A stretch of 64,000 nucleotides of DNA, taken from Azolla caroliniana. Taxonomy: Eukaryota > Plantae > Polypodiophyta. Both the position numbers and the translations under genes were made by a program. Positions within the stretch are counted from its first letter, which is position 1, and every line of letters begins with the position of its first letter. Positions 39,600 through 53,200 of the stretch are shown piece by piece. The stretch covers positions 6,014,001-6,078,000 of the forward strand of contig JBHGNT010000010.1 in assembly GCA_043228905.1 (NCBI GenBank), written 5' to 3'. Under the pieces are notes generated by a model that was given only the letters and a program-made list of their open reading frames with translations, was not told the DNA's origin and did not search any database.

Positions 39600-39935
39600 A
39601 CACAAACACAGACAAACACACATACGTTATTGCTTGTTCCATAATGTCGAACAACGGTTCTTCGTTAAGAGATCACAAAGGAAGACAAGAAGCCCCCGAC
39701 CAGATATCGTCAATCGGTGTCTACCATTTGTCGAGGAATGGGCCCTCAGCCCCCCCAACCCCTCCCTGAACACACACACACACACACACAAACACAAACA
39801 AAACACACGTACGTTATTGCTTGTCCCATAATGTTGAACACCGCTTCTTCGTTAAGAGATCACAAAGGAAGACAAGAAGCTCCCCCGCGACCAGATATCG
39901 TGGATCGGTCTCTACCATTTGCCGAGGAATGGTGC
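39600..39935. repeat. ~190-bp tandem repeat with (CA)n spacer
   Basis: tacgttattgcttgt...ttcttcgttaagagatcacaaaggaagacaagaagc...gaggaatgg occurs twice. A further partial unit sits at 39097-39130, left of the solo LTR. Confidence 0.88.
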
Positions 39936-40036
39936 CTGGCCCAAAGGAGGGGGCCCCAGGACACATACATACATACATAGCTTTTGTTGGGGGCATTGTG
40001 TAGACATAATATGTGGTGTTGGTGGAGGTGTTGTGT

Positions 40037-40039
<3 letters not shown>

Positions 40040-40070
<31 letters not shown>

Positions 40071-41458
40071 AAGAAGGATATATTAACGTCTTCTAAGGCC
40101 AAAATTGGCCCATGAGACAAATGGTGTACAACAAAAATGGGATATTTACCCATTCATCGAAAGTAAAAATAAAAATAAGATAAAATAGAGTTTAAGCTAA
40201 ATAGTTCTAAGAAAACAACAAACATGTTCTATATAAAAAACATGTTCTACAATGAGAATGATTCTATACTAGGCCTAATTTCATTTCCATCCAAGTCTCT
40301 CGAAGAGAAGCGGGGGGTCAAAGGGTTGCCATGATGTGGATGTGGCCCGTGGTCCCCATGTAAGAGGTACCCCAGCCATAGCTTCGAGTCGGCGTAGCTC
40401 ACGTTCCCTTATCTTCTTAATCTTTTCTACTCCACGTTGACTTGTGTTGAAGCCCAACATCCGAGGACGTTTGGTTGCTCTTTGTATTTCTGCTTCCTCA
40501 AGGGAGAGGCCGAGCGGCATAAGTGTATCCACATTCATCGGTTCCCCATGTTCCTGAAAAATTACACTAGGTACATGTTGATGAGTAGTAAAAGGGTTAT
40601 GATTAACACTTTGTAATTTATCCTCCCTATGTTGTTTTAGCTCTAAGATATACCTACCTAGTCTCTTTACACTCGGGGTATCTAATAGTTTGGAGAGGGT
40701 GGGAGAGGGTCCTAGTATGTCTTGGTATTCCGCCCGTATCTCGGCATAAGTTGGGCACTTGCATGTGAAGTGATACTCATCCTCTATCTCTATGTGGCAT
40801 AACCTACATAGCCTTTCCTCTCTAGGGACTCTATTAGCTCGACCATTCTCAATCTCAAGTTGGTGAGATGATATCCTAAGTTGTCCAATGGCCACCCTTA
40901 GTGCATTTGATAAGAAAGTATCTAGGTATCTTGGTCGTGTAATAAACCCTAACTTAGAGAAGTGCAAGAAGTGTTCCTTATAGTACACCATTTTAGATGG
41001 GAGTGGCTCTCGTGGGGTGATCCATTTGTATCGAGTGTAGATTTGCCATATTTCTTGGCGTATCACTTTATTACGATCTTCATGAGAGATTAAAGTTTGA
41101 TCAGTCCCATGGTTGTACTTAAGGGGAGGTAGGTTATTAATGTCTATGCCATTTGCAAATAACCAACTCACCACAATGCTATACCAAGAGTTGGTGTCTC
41201 CAGACACATGTAAGGATCGGGATGCCTCAAAGGCTCGACGGGATATCCTATCTTGTGGTTGACTATGTATCCGATGAATAAAAGCTACCACTTGAAAGAG
41301 TGCTTCTACTAACATCGGGGGTAGGCTAAACTCCGCTCTAATAATGTCATGTGGTACTGTCGATTTGCTTCGGAGTTGACGTGATAACATCACCACTAAA
41401 GGTCTCTCCAATTGCGTCCACATGAAAGATGGTAGACCTGGAGCCCATACTACTGATG
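40040..41458 (-). mobile_element. 5'-truncated RTE-X-like LINE (family A), 3' part uninterrupted
   Basis: ORF 40281..41630 from ASVVWAPG onward is closely similar to 5258..6833. It has the same 3' hairpin tail (40080-40110), running into (GA)n at 40039-40066. Confidence 0.9.
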
Positions 41459-41583
41459 CATGTATATGTATGTATGTATACAGTATATCATATATATGTA
41501 ATGGAAACACATGCAGAAACGTTCCTGTCTGCGTAGTACTTACTACTCCAGCTGCTTTCTTTCGATTGAAAACCTGCACCACG

Positions 41584-44500
41584 ATGACCGCCATGGATGT
41601 GGACGCTATCGATCTTTCATCTCTCTCCACTGACGCTTCCGACTTCTCCTCCTCTCTCGGTACACTCCTCTCTCTCTCTCTCTCTCTCTGTGTCTGTTTC
41701 TTTCACCATTTCTATCTGAAAGATGAAAATGAATGTAAAGATGAAGCTTTCGTCCCCTCCATTTTCTGGTCCAATTCCCTTCCGTAATCCTGTCCGTTTT
41801 CTCCACCGTTTCCATCTCAAAGGTTTGAAAAAAAATGGACAGATGACGATTTTCTCTCCCTCATCCTCTCCAGTTTGCGTCCATCACCGTAAGCTTGTCA
41901 CTTTCTCTACCTTCATCTTTCGAAAAACTCTCCGTTCTCTCTTTTGTTCTCTTTTAACCTCGCTGCTTGTCTCACGGTTTCTAGATGGAAGATAGAAAAA
42001 TATATTCTTTCTGCTGATTTATGGTCAGGCATTCAAAGTTTTTTTCTTTTCTTTTTGCTTTCCCCCCTTTACTCTTGTCTCTTATGTATGATTTCAGGTC
42101 AAATATTCCTTCATTGAGACTCTACTCTCCTCCCTGACGTGCTGTTTTGACTTTATTTATATTAGTTTCTCTCACCATTGCTAGGTGAAAGATGAGACAC
42201 TGTTTAATCTCTATTAATTTCTAGCGAAGAGTTCATTCAGATGATATTTTAACATCATTTCTTATGTGCAGTTTTTCGTTAATCTTGTTGCATATAACCA
42301 ATTCCTTCACCATTTTTATCTAGTAAGATGAAAGAATGCATATGATTGCTGTCTATTTCTGGTCAGGTATTCCTTCAGATGAGGCTACTGAACAGTTTCT
42401 CAATAAATATCCGCTTCCTGTGCTGTTCAGGTGAGAAAACGCCTTTCCATTTTCTGACATGGATGTGATTGAGTTAAATATAATAGTTGTAGTGTAAAGT
42501 TAACGGGTTTCTTAGGCTAGTTTAAAGATGTTGGAATGGCTAAGGCATGCTTTGTTTTTTATGGTGTTTTTCAGGACCTTAGAATCTGAGGATGAAATGA
42601 GAAGCCCAATTATTTTGGCTTTGGAAAAAGTGTTCAACACACAAATTGGTTCTGTAGCACTTCTTGACGCTTTGGTGAGTAGTAGGATCTTGTAGCATAT
42701 ATATATGTATGTATGTCTGTGTGTGTGTGTACTACTGAGACTAATGAATTTGCGATTTTCTTTCTCTCTCTGAGATAATCATTACTATGAGCCATAGAGA
42801 AGTGTAAAAAATGGCTGTCGTATGAAGCTTAGTGAGAGTTGGGTGTTGAGGTTGTGTAGAGAGATTTATGATGTTGGATGCTGTGGTATTTACTACGATG
42901 ACAAGGCAACTAGAATCCAGGTGAAGGAACATCTAATAAAATGTTTCCACGCCTATTTAAAAAGCATTGAATTTTGGTAAGAAGAAAAGACTTCCAATTT
43001 TCACAGAAAATTGTCACAAGGGGAGGGGGATCTGGCTTATGTGCATGGAAAATTGCTATTGCCTGGTCTATGGTAACCTAGTTTGAATCTTATGATCTAG
43101 GCCCTAATTAGCCCTTAATTAACTTGTTGCATGGGAAGGAGGGGTACTGGTGCTAAAGAAGGTTGTGGTGGCTCTTTGATGGTGAGGTATTCCGCCATAT
43201 TGCTAGAGAGAGAGATTGGTTGTCTGATTGTAAAAATGATACTGGTGGTGTAAAAAATCATAAGTTGATTGAAGATATAAAGTGAGGTTAATATTGAAGG
43301 TGTTCATTACTGGCCACATCATCTGATGTGTATGAGGTGGAGCATTGGATGCAAGATGGTGATCTCTTATTCATTTCTATGCGAAAGTATTTCTTCTGTT
43401 TCCTCTTGACACGGTGAAGCCAGCTTAGCTTGTCTGAATGTGGGCAATTTGACGATCATGGCTTGAGTCTTTCTGAGGTCTACTGTGAACTATTTTTTGT
43501 GGCAAGAAAATCTGAAGTTTTGAGATGATGGTATAGATTGGCATGAGATACACACACCATGATTATGTCATTAGTGTAAAGAATTCAATTCCCTTGTCTT
43601 CAGTGGTCAAATATTGTTGGAGGGTGGCAGCTCCAGACCTACTCTCTCTTTCAACTTTATTATCTCTGTACTACATTCTCTCTTCCTAGATTCTTCTCTC
43701 TCTAGAATCTGCAACTCTTTAAATGCCTTCTCTCTCTAGAATCTGCAATGCTTTTTAAATGCCTTTTGTCTCTTCCACTTTTTCCAAGATATTCCCTTTT
43801 TATTCCTAGTTTATTGTACATGTTTGGTAGTACAAGAGTCTCTTAACTACCAAACAACCATTCCTAATTTTGTATAAATAGGCTTATACCAGCCTCTTTT
43901 GTAATAAGATTATTTTCTGCTGCTACTTAGAAACAAGCACAACTCTTTGGCTGTGTCTCTACTCTTTGCAACCATTTTTTCTACTGCTGTCTAACAGCCT
44001 TCACACAACTTGGCTGTGTCTATTTTGTTCTAACTCTTCCGCTGCTGCTATTAACAGCTTTTCTCACATGGTATCAGAGCAGTGACGTCTCCATATCCTC
44101 AGCCTGATTATTTTTGCGAAAGAGAACACAACCCTATAGAGGAGGTTCTCTTAGCAGCCACCCTCCCAACCTACAGAGGAGGTTCTTTTTTTTTCTTTTC
44201 CCCTCATCTGAGCCTCACCTTGCATCTAGGGAGAAGTAGAAAGACCCTGAGCATCTACTTACAACTGCTGTAAATTGTCCAGTTGTAGCTCAAGAGGAGG
44301 ATATCCATGGCCTCACATGCCACGATTGTTTGATCAACCATTCCCCAACTCCCCAAAGGGTCCATCTTGGATGGGAACAATTACTTGGATTGGGAGCTAC
44401 AAATAAAGACCTTGCTACAATACCATCGTTTATGGAATGTAGTCAATGGTAGTGACAAGAAACCACCAGTAACTTCATCCTCTTCAACCAAATCAGTTGC

Positions 44501-47500
44501 TGGCTCATCTAACACTGAGATTGAAGTGTGGCTAGATAAGGATTCTCGTGCCCATGATTTCCTCATGTTTAATATTAAACCGAGCATCGCTCGTCAATTT
44601 CAAGATACAGATGAAGAGACAACCAATGAACTATGGACATCCATCAAAAAGAGGTACCATCGAGCTAATCATGCTCAAATGATAGCTATTGAGAACCAAC
44701 TAGCTAATCTCAAGATTCATGACACTCCCAAATAACACAATTTGTTACTCTCCAAAAGGAACTAGTTTCTTTGGGAAGCAAGTCAACTGAAGTTGAGTTT
44801 GTGCATCGTCTAATGATAAAGTTGCCTGAGTCATTCTCAACATTTTGTGACACAATTTCTCTTCTTCCCAACACACTTGATATGAATACATTTCTTGGTA
44901 TGCTACAAGATAGGGCAACAAGGAAGAAAAGTGCTCAAACTTCCAATGAGACGCTTCTACATGCGACAAGTAAAGGCAAGTGGAAGCAAAATGGTAACTC
45001 CTACAACAAACCCAATTCAAGACCACCAAACAACCCAGCTTACAAGGAGCTCACTTGTCATTATTGTGGCTACAAAGGTCACATTCAGCCGGATTGTTGG
45101 AAAAAGAAAAGGAACAATGCTAAGAACTCTTCTTCTACCAAAAATCAACCTACACCGAAATCCAACTCGGCCCACTCAGCCAAAGAAACAGTTTTCCTTG
45201 GCATTGAGGAACAAACTTCACATTTGGCTGGACCAACTACCTCAACCATTGATGAGTGGTTAGTAGATAGTGGTGCTACTTCACACATGACCTATGACAA
45301 ATCCATTTTGCATGATGTGAAACCTAGCTCCTCCCAAATCTCCATTGGAGATGCCTCAAGCATTGAGGCTTCATGTGTGGGTAATGTGTTTCTTAACAAT
45401 TCTTCAAACGAAGAACCTGTCATTCTTCAAGATGTGCTACATGTGCCTCGCATCTCTGCCAACCTACTTTCAGTCTACCAAATCACTAAGCAAGGTTATG
45501 GAGTCTACTTTGATAGCTCAGTTTTGGAAGTCATTGACACCAACAACCTACAAATTGTAGCTAGTGGCACATAAGGAGGTTTATACCGCCTGAAAAGTTC
45601 CCATAGCCCCTTGTAAAAGTCCAAATCTCATCTTCTTTATCTTTTTCAAGGCTCTCATGCGTTGGTGGCACAAGAAGATTCCACGTTGTGGCATGCTAGG
45701 TTTGGTCATCTCAACTATGATTCTCTTCAAAAGCTCTCCTCTTCCCAACTAGTTGAGGGTCTTCCTATTTTCAAAACTCCCAATACCCCATGTGTTGCTT
45801 GTCTTCATGGCAAGCAACATCGAGAGCCTTTCCCTCATGAAACCACTCACCATGCAACATCTATCTTCGAGTTAGTGCACATGGATCTTTGTGGTCTCAT
45901 GCAAACCACTACTCTTGGTGGAGCACACTACTTCATGCTCATCATTGATGATTTCTCCCACAAGGTTTGGGTTTATTTTCTTGTAGAAAAATCGCAAGCC
46001 TTCACAAAAGTTCAAGAATGGGTAGCTCTCGTGGAGAACGAGACATCGAAGAAAGTTCGAAAGATCAAGTCGGACAATGGTGGAGAGTTTATCTCCCAAG
46101 CTTTCCACCATTTTTGCTCTCAACGAGGCATTGCTCGCCAAATTCTACACCCAATACTCCTCAACAAAAAGGAGTCGTGGAACGGAAGAACCGGACAGTC
46201 CAAGAGATGGCTCGTACAATGCTATCTCAATCTGATCTTCCTCTCTCATTTTGGGGTGAAGCTGTCAACACAGCAGTCTACATCATCAACTGCTGCCCAA
46301 CAAAAGCAATTGTTGGAATGACGCCTGTAGAAGCATTTACAGGGGTAAAGCCCTCAATATCTCATTTTAAAGTCTTTGGTTCTGATGCTTATGTTCACAT
46401 TTCAGATCATAAAAGGACGAAATTTGAGTCCAAAACCAAGAAATGCAAATTTCTTGGTTATAGCACACAATCTAAAGCGTACAGGTTATGGGATTTAGAG
46501 TCAAAGTCCCTAGTCATCTCTAGGGATGTTCATTTTGTGGAGTCTCAGCTGGATGATTGTAGGATTTCACCTGAGTTCATGGTTGAAATCCCAGCTCCTT
46601 CGGAATCTCCTATTTTAGACGAAGATGTCTCATCTTCAAGCCCCCCCATCTCCTTTTGTGATTTGAAGGGCTGCTCGTACTTTATAGGGGATTCTCTAAA
46701 TGCTTTTGGACATTTTCAAACTCTTTCCATGTGCACTTAGGGATACTACTTCCCCCTATTGTCCACTCTATTAGGTGTCACCAAAGTGTCGAAAAGGTAT
46801 TTCTTGAGAATCCAAGAGTTAATTTCTCCATGATTGCATGTGTTCACAAATAGTTAATGTGATGTCGTTCTCGCCACTAAGCAACAACTAGAACATTCAT
46901 GCCATCTATGATTTGGAGAAAGTTCAAGGCCATAAGGATCTATGATTTCTTGAGGATCTCAGACTTAATATCTCCATGATCCAAGACTTAATTTCACAAA
47001 TGGATAATTTGATCTCTTTCCCGTCTCTACGTAGCGTCTAGCACATTCATTCCATCTATGATTTCAAGGAACTTCAAGGCAATAAGGATCTATGGTTTGA
47101 AGTAACTTTAATAAAAAATTTGAAAATTCATCGCCCATATGCACATAACAAATAACTTTCACGCAGATTTGGGAACTTGGCAAGAATATATTCACTTAGT
47201 GCTACTACTTCTTCCATGTGCCTTCAAAGATGCTCACGAGGTACTATATCAAAAAATTTCTTGAAGTCTACAATGACAATATAAACTCTTATATCTCAAG
47301 CAACTTTCTTCCATTATTACACGAAGGGTGATAAGGTGATCGATGGTGTTATGGTGTATTTACAAGGTAGCTTGTTTAGAAGCTCTCTTACCATTTTTTT
47401 TCAGTCCATGCACTAATCTTTGATTCTGTTGGGATTAAAGTCCCTTTAGGTTTCTCCAATTAAGCTAGAAAAACGCTTCTATAGAATTTACTTTCTAATT

Positions 47501-50174
47501 TTTGTTTTACAGTCTCGTTTCAAAACTGTACAACTTCTAAAAGAATGTGTGCATTCCTACCTTTTACATATTTTTTGAAGTGTGGGTTTGTTTTAGTAAA
47601 ATAATTTCAGCTTTCTTTAATCTCTGCTATGTGTTAAACCCCATAATTGTAATTAGTTTCTATATCTCTACCTTTAGATATTTTAGAAAACTGTGATTCT
47701 ATCTTCTACTTCTTTATAGAGTCCATTATACACCCATGCCATTAGTGAGCTCACCATGATGGTTCAATAATTGTTTACATTATTTTAATATCCAGCCTTA
47801 TGTAATGGTATGATCCAATTCGTAATCTAATCGACGAGCATGTGATAATGCAAACATATCTTTTAAAGTATGTATCTTCCTTGCGTTCCATTTGAACATT
47901 CGTCTGTTATACATTGAAGATCTCTTGCCATTTGAGAGGCCAATTTCTTCAGCCCTATGCATACATCCTCAATCGTAAAGAAGGGAGGCATTTGTGAGCA
48001 CATGTATGTGCTTCCTCTTGTATTTGGACTAATCGTTGAGTAATTTCTTGTAGTCTTCTCTTCTTGAATAAGTCGTTTGTTCTCATACAAATGCTTTTGT
48101 TGCTTTTCCTTAGCTTTCACTACATCCAAACTCATAAGGCATTTTTGAGCTTCATGGTATTCCTTATGAAACCATTTTTTCTTTGAACTACATTTCTTTG
48201 CCTGGAATGCATTTTGTTTGTGCATGAGAAAATGACTTTCTTTAAAGCTTCCCATTTGCATTCTAGTGTGCCACCATGTTGTATCTTTGTATTTGTAACA
48301 TATCCTCAACCATCATGGTATACACGGGTGCTCGTTTAAGGTTTACGCTCACATATGGTTTATTATTTTCAATGGACTTCTCATACTGAAACCTTTTTAT
48401 GCATTGAGGTTAATATAGTCCTATGGTTAGAGTTTGGTTGTTAGAGCTTGAACCTAATGTAAGCATGAGATAAGGATAATATAGATAGATAGAAAAGAAA
48501 GGAGAGAGAGAAAGAAGGGTGGCAATCCACCCAACCACCCCCGAGTGAAGGGATCGAGACGGACTCGAGCCTCGATCGGCGTCCCATACCAGCGCCATGG
48601 CGTCGAGTTGTACCTGGTACTGGTGCGCTCGCTACAAGAGTTGATCACCACGAGGACAGAGTCTCGACGTAGTCAAGAGATGTCAAATGAGGGTAGCTAG
48701 GCCTCATATTTATAGCCAGGCCTAAGGCAACACTTTATCCACGTGTATAGAATACTATGGCACAATCTTACCACGGGATATTATATGGTCATGCCCATAA
48801 CATTGTGTCCGTTTACCAATATGCAATCCAAAATACCGTCAGAAAGTAGCATATAGTCAATCTCACTATTTCCTAGTGTTTTTTACATGTAAAGTCATTA
48901 GTGTTAGGCCATAAGGATATCATTTGTAAGAGTAACTTTCCAAATTGATTTGGATTTTATGTCGTCAATAGAAAAGATCGACTACACATTTGTATATCTT
49001 GTTGCATCCTTGAGATATTTGTCATCGAAGATTGTTGTGCGTGAAGTTGCCAACCTCTTGTATGAGCATTCATGTCATCAAAGACAATACCTTCCTCGTC
49101 TTTGAAATAAGCAATATCATCGTCTAAATTTGCAAAAAGTTGGTCTTTATCCAAACAAACATAAAAGTTAGAATCTTGATGAGGAATGTAGCATCCAACC
49201 ACAGAAGTGGGCATATCATTTGTGTTTCTATTTTAAGCCAAATGTCACATTTATGTAGAGAGAGAAAGAAAAAAAGAAATATTAACGTCTTTTAAGAGGC
49301 CAAAATGGCCTATAAGACCAAACAAGAGATTACATCTTAAGTGTTGTCTCGTCTTTAGGAACAAATAAAAACAATAAGTAAATAATACTCCGTAAATATA
49401 AAAGTATATAAGATAACAAGAGACGAGGGAATCTGGTTTTCAACACATGTGAGATTCTCAAGTTAGATATATTGTAGCTTTTGTCTTCGAAAGATCTCTA
49501 GCATAGGTCGATCTAGAATGGAAATGTCTCCGAAGCGAGGGAAGCACCTGCGATGGCAGGAGATAATGGCTTTTATCTGTCGATGACAAGGGTGTCGAGG
49601 TCGTGGTTCATGGGGCTGGGGCCTATGTGCAGGGCAAATTGCTATTGCCCGATCAATTGTAACCCCTTTGTTATGTCCTGGTTGGGAACCCATTTGGTAT
49701 CCCGTGATTGACTCGTAGCATTAGTAGGAGTGATGGTGCTAAAGAAAGTTGTGATTGTTCTTTGTGGATGAGCTTGTGTGGCTGTGTTCTTCAACAACTC
49801 TTCCCGATGTCTATTGAGCTCTAGCAAGAAAAGTCCTAGGCACCGTTGGTCCTCATATTCCATTGCCATGCGTAGTGGGCCAAAGCCTAGTTTAAAGAGG
49901 CAATGGAATCTCCCTCTGATTTCAGAAAAGACACTACAGTGACAAACATAGTGTTCTTCGAATTCCACTCCTTGATGACACAATTGGCAAATTCTCTCTT
50001 CTAGAGGTAGTCATGTATATCTGTCTACCTCAATCTATAACTGATGTGATGAAGTTCGCAGCTGCCCTATCACAGTACGCAGCGCATAGGATAGATGTAT
50101 GTCCATATAAGGTGTCCTGATGATGAATCCATCCTCTGATGTGTGTAAGAAGTGTCTTATAGTGGGCCATCTTT

Positions 50175-50243
<69 letters not shown>

Positions 50244-53200
50244 GAGAGACTTTTGCATCAGCCATATGCAGGACAAGGACTAAAAGCATCATCTTCCTCA
50301 ACCAGGCGAATGACCTGCATTGCTGTAAGCATTTTATTAATATTATCTAACATAATTATATATGTACGTATTCTATTACAATGTCCGATGAGATAAAACA
50401 AAATTAGGATCTGATTAGATTTTTCTGCCCGTCTCCATATTGAAACATGTAAATGCTGGTTCAAATTTGTAAATGTTTAAATTTGTATAACTTCTAAAAT
50501 CTATTGTTTTCATATGCATAATGTCCATGTTCCTTAATTTTTCATTGTTTATTTTTCTGTCTTGTTGAGTTGTGCACTACAAACTCCTGCTTTCTGAAGA
50601 GCATGTATGCATTAAACTGCACACATTGAACGAATACTAAGATTATGAAAGTGCGTAATGTTTTAGAATAGGAGTTGTGAAAATCTACAAGTTTTATGTT
50701 GGTTATTTTCTCTGATGTTTTAATTGGGTTTCAGTGATAACATTGCACTACAGAAACTAGGGTAGGTTTTAATTCTTAGTCTCTTTTAACATTCTCACAG
50801 ATTGCAAAGCTGCTTGAAAATACTGGCAATAATGAAATGGCAGTGCAGGCTCTTGTTGCAAGTGATATTGTTCCTCCTTTGCTTAAAACAATTACAGATG
50901 AGTATGTAATCTTGTACTAATTATTTTTTCTTTCATTTGGAAATAATTTCTTGCAATTAATAGAAAATTTTGATTAATGAGTTTCCTCTAGCATTTCCCA
51001 CATACGTACTTTATTTTGTACTCTTCTCTGGCCTTAATGCTCCCTTTAGCATATAGATTGTTTTTCAAAATAAAACCCTGAGTTTCTCTTGATTTCCCCA
51101 AATGTCCCTAAGTTCTTTTATTCTCTCAAATGTTGCTGGTAAACTGTTGAGTGAGGGAATGCACCATATGCTTGCTCATGTAGCACATGGAATTGCTTGA
51201 GAGGGCATGACCAAAGGCGTTTGGGAAATAACAAAAGCATATGGCATTTGGGAAATAATAAGAACATATGGCATTTGGGAAAAGAAAGAAAGTGCTTTGG
51301 CATTTTATAGTGTTTTCCTACTATTTAGTCTCATATTATGTACCTGAATAATATATTTCACCCTTGCTGTCTTTATATGTTCTATTAGTTTCTGTAATAT
51401 ATTTCTGAGTGTTGACCCATATATCAAGTGTCGGATGATGTTTGTAACTTGTTTTCTCTGTCATAGGTCATTTTACCAGCTGCAGGATAAAATATATTCT
51501 GATGAAGATATGTTTTATATTTTCAGCATGAATTCAGATTGTAGCTCATAACACTGGATGTTATTTCCAGAATTTTGGTATCAGTTCCTTATTTTCCATT
51601 TCTTTCTAGCATTGAAGTCCGATGGGTAAACACTATTGAAAGATAGATTTACCTTGTAGGCATGTGGACACTGCAGATGTTGTTTTCCCCCTTAATTTGT
51701 TGATTAGTTTGGAATAAATTTTATTGTTGTTGTGAGGGGCTAGATAATTTTGGATTTTCTCCTTGTAATCTTAATCAAGGAAAATGCATTTGTTCAAAAA
51801 AGTGAAATCCTTTGTCTGTCCTCATGGCTTAAGGTGTTTAAAGTTATATTCGTTCAAGTTGCCCTTACTATTTTACATCTTATAAATGAACAAGGTAATA
51901 TGTATTCCGTTAGATTAATGATTAAAGTCCTCCTTTAAAACCAGAATTAAAAATTAAGCAAATATAAACATGATATAGTCACAATGTCTGCTAGTGCCTC
52001 TAATTCATTGAAGGTTTTCAATTTTATAACCAAGGTTCTTCTGGTATAAAAGGTCAATGTCATTGCAGGGATGCAAGCGTTGCAAGTGGTGCAGCCCAGG
52101 CTATTCAAAAGCTTGCAGATACTACTAATGGAGTTGTAAGTATGAACAGATAAAGTTTGGAGGATTTTTGTCATATTTAGAAACGTAAAATCAGATGTGT
52201 ACTGCCATAGTTGTCTTTCCATTTTTTTCTTGCTAGTTGTGAAAATGATGGATGTATAAGCCTTTTGATCGTGCTTGTAGGATGACCAATTCTATCTTTT
52301 TCACTTTATTAGCTTCTATGAAATTATTAATGGAAAAAACCAAGGGGAACTCTCTGATAGTTCAGAGTGAAAAGGAATGATATGCGATATGAAGTGTGAG
52401 AGAGTACACCTGATAATTATGTATATTCTCTTCTATACATAGAAGGCAAAATAATATTAGTACTTATTCTACAATGAATAAATAAGTTATGAACCACCAA
52501 CAGAGATGTATGAACAAGTATGAGTTGACATGAGCTAGACACAAATACTATTTATCCAACTAGACTCTGACATGTCAAATAAAGAGGAGACAAACTGCTC
52601 TCATTCAATGTACAGAAGATCCTTTGCCATATGCCAACTTAGGCAAATGTTTTGTCGGAAGAAATAGGAAATTATCATCTGCATACACCACGACAAGCAG
52701 ATAAAGTCTGTTTATTGTTAACATAGAAACCTTGATTTCATGCTAGTTGAAAAGCACTGAAGACAAGACAATTTCATGGTCATCTTACCTGCCTCTATGT
52801 GTAATTAGAGTGGAGAGATTTTGCAGTGGATTTGGTGGCTAATTTGATGGTGAAGATGTGAACAAGAAGATGGTGCATGAGTAGTGGTAGAAATGGAACT
52901 CCTCAATTTTACACCTTAGGAAGAACAGTGTATATGAGGTCGAACTGCAAGATAATGTGAATAATGAAATTTCCAACTTGGAAGTCATAGACGATGGATG
53001 TCAAATTTAAGATTAAGGTTGACTGCCTATCTGCAGTGGGTTTAATAACATCTCATATATAGGGAAATATCACCTTGAGGTGCATATGTTTCTTGATGGT
53101 AGTAGGAAAGAAAGATATATTAATATCTTTTAAGAGACCAAAATGGCCTATAAGACCAAACAAGATATTGCATCTTAAAATATTATCTTGTCTTTAAGAA

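Noticed and set aside
48400-48808. Possible TSD TGCAT/TGTGT around the LTR-like element
   Set aside because: Requires two CpG-decay changes and a one-base offset; not supportable.
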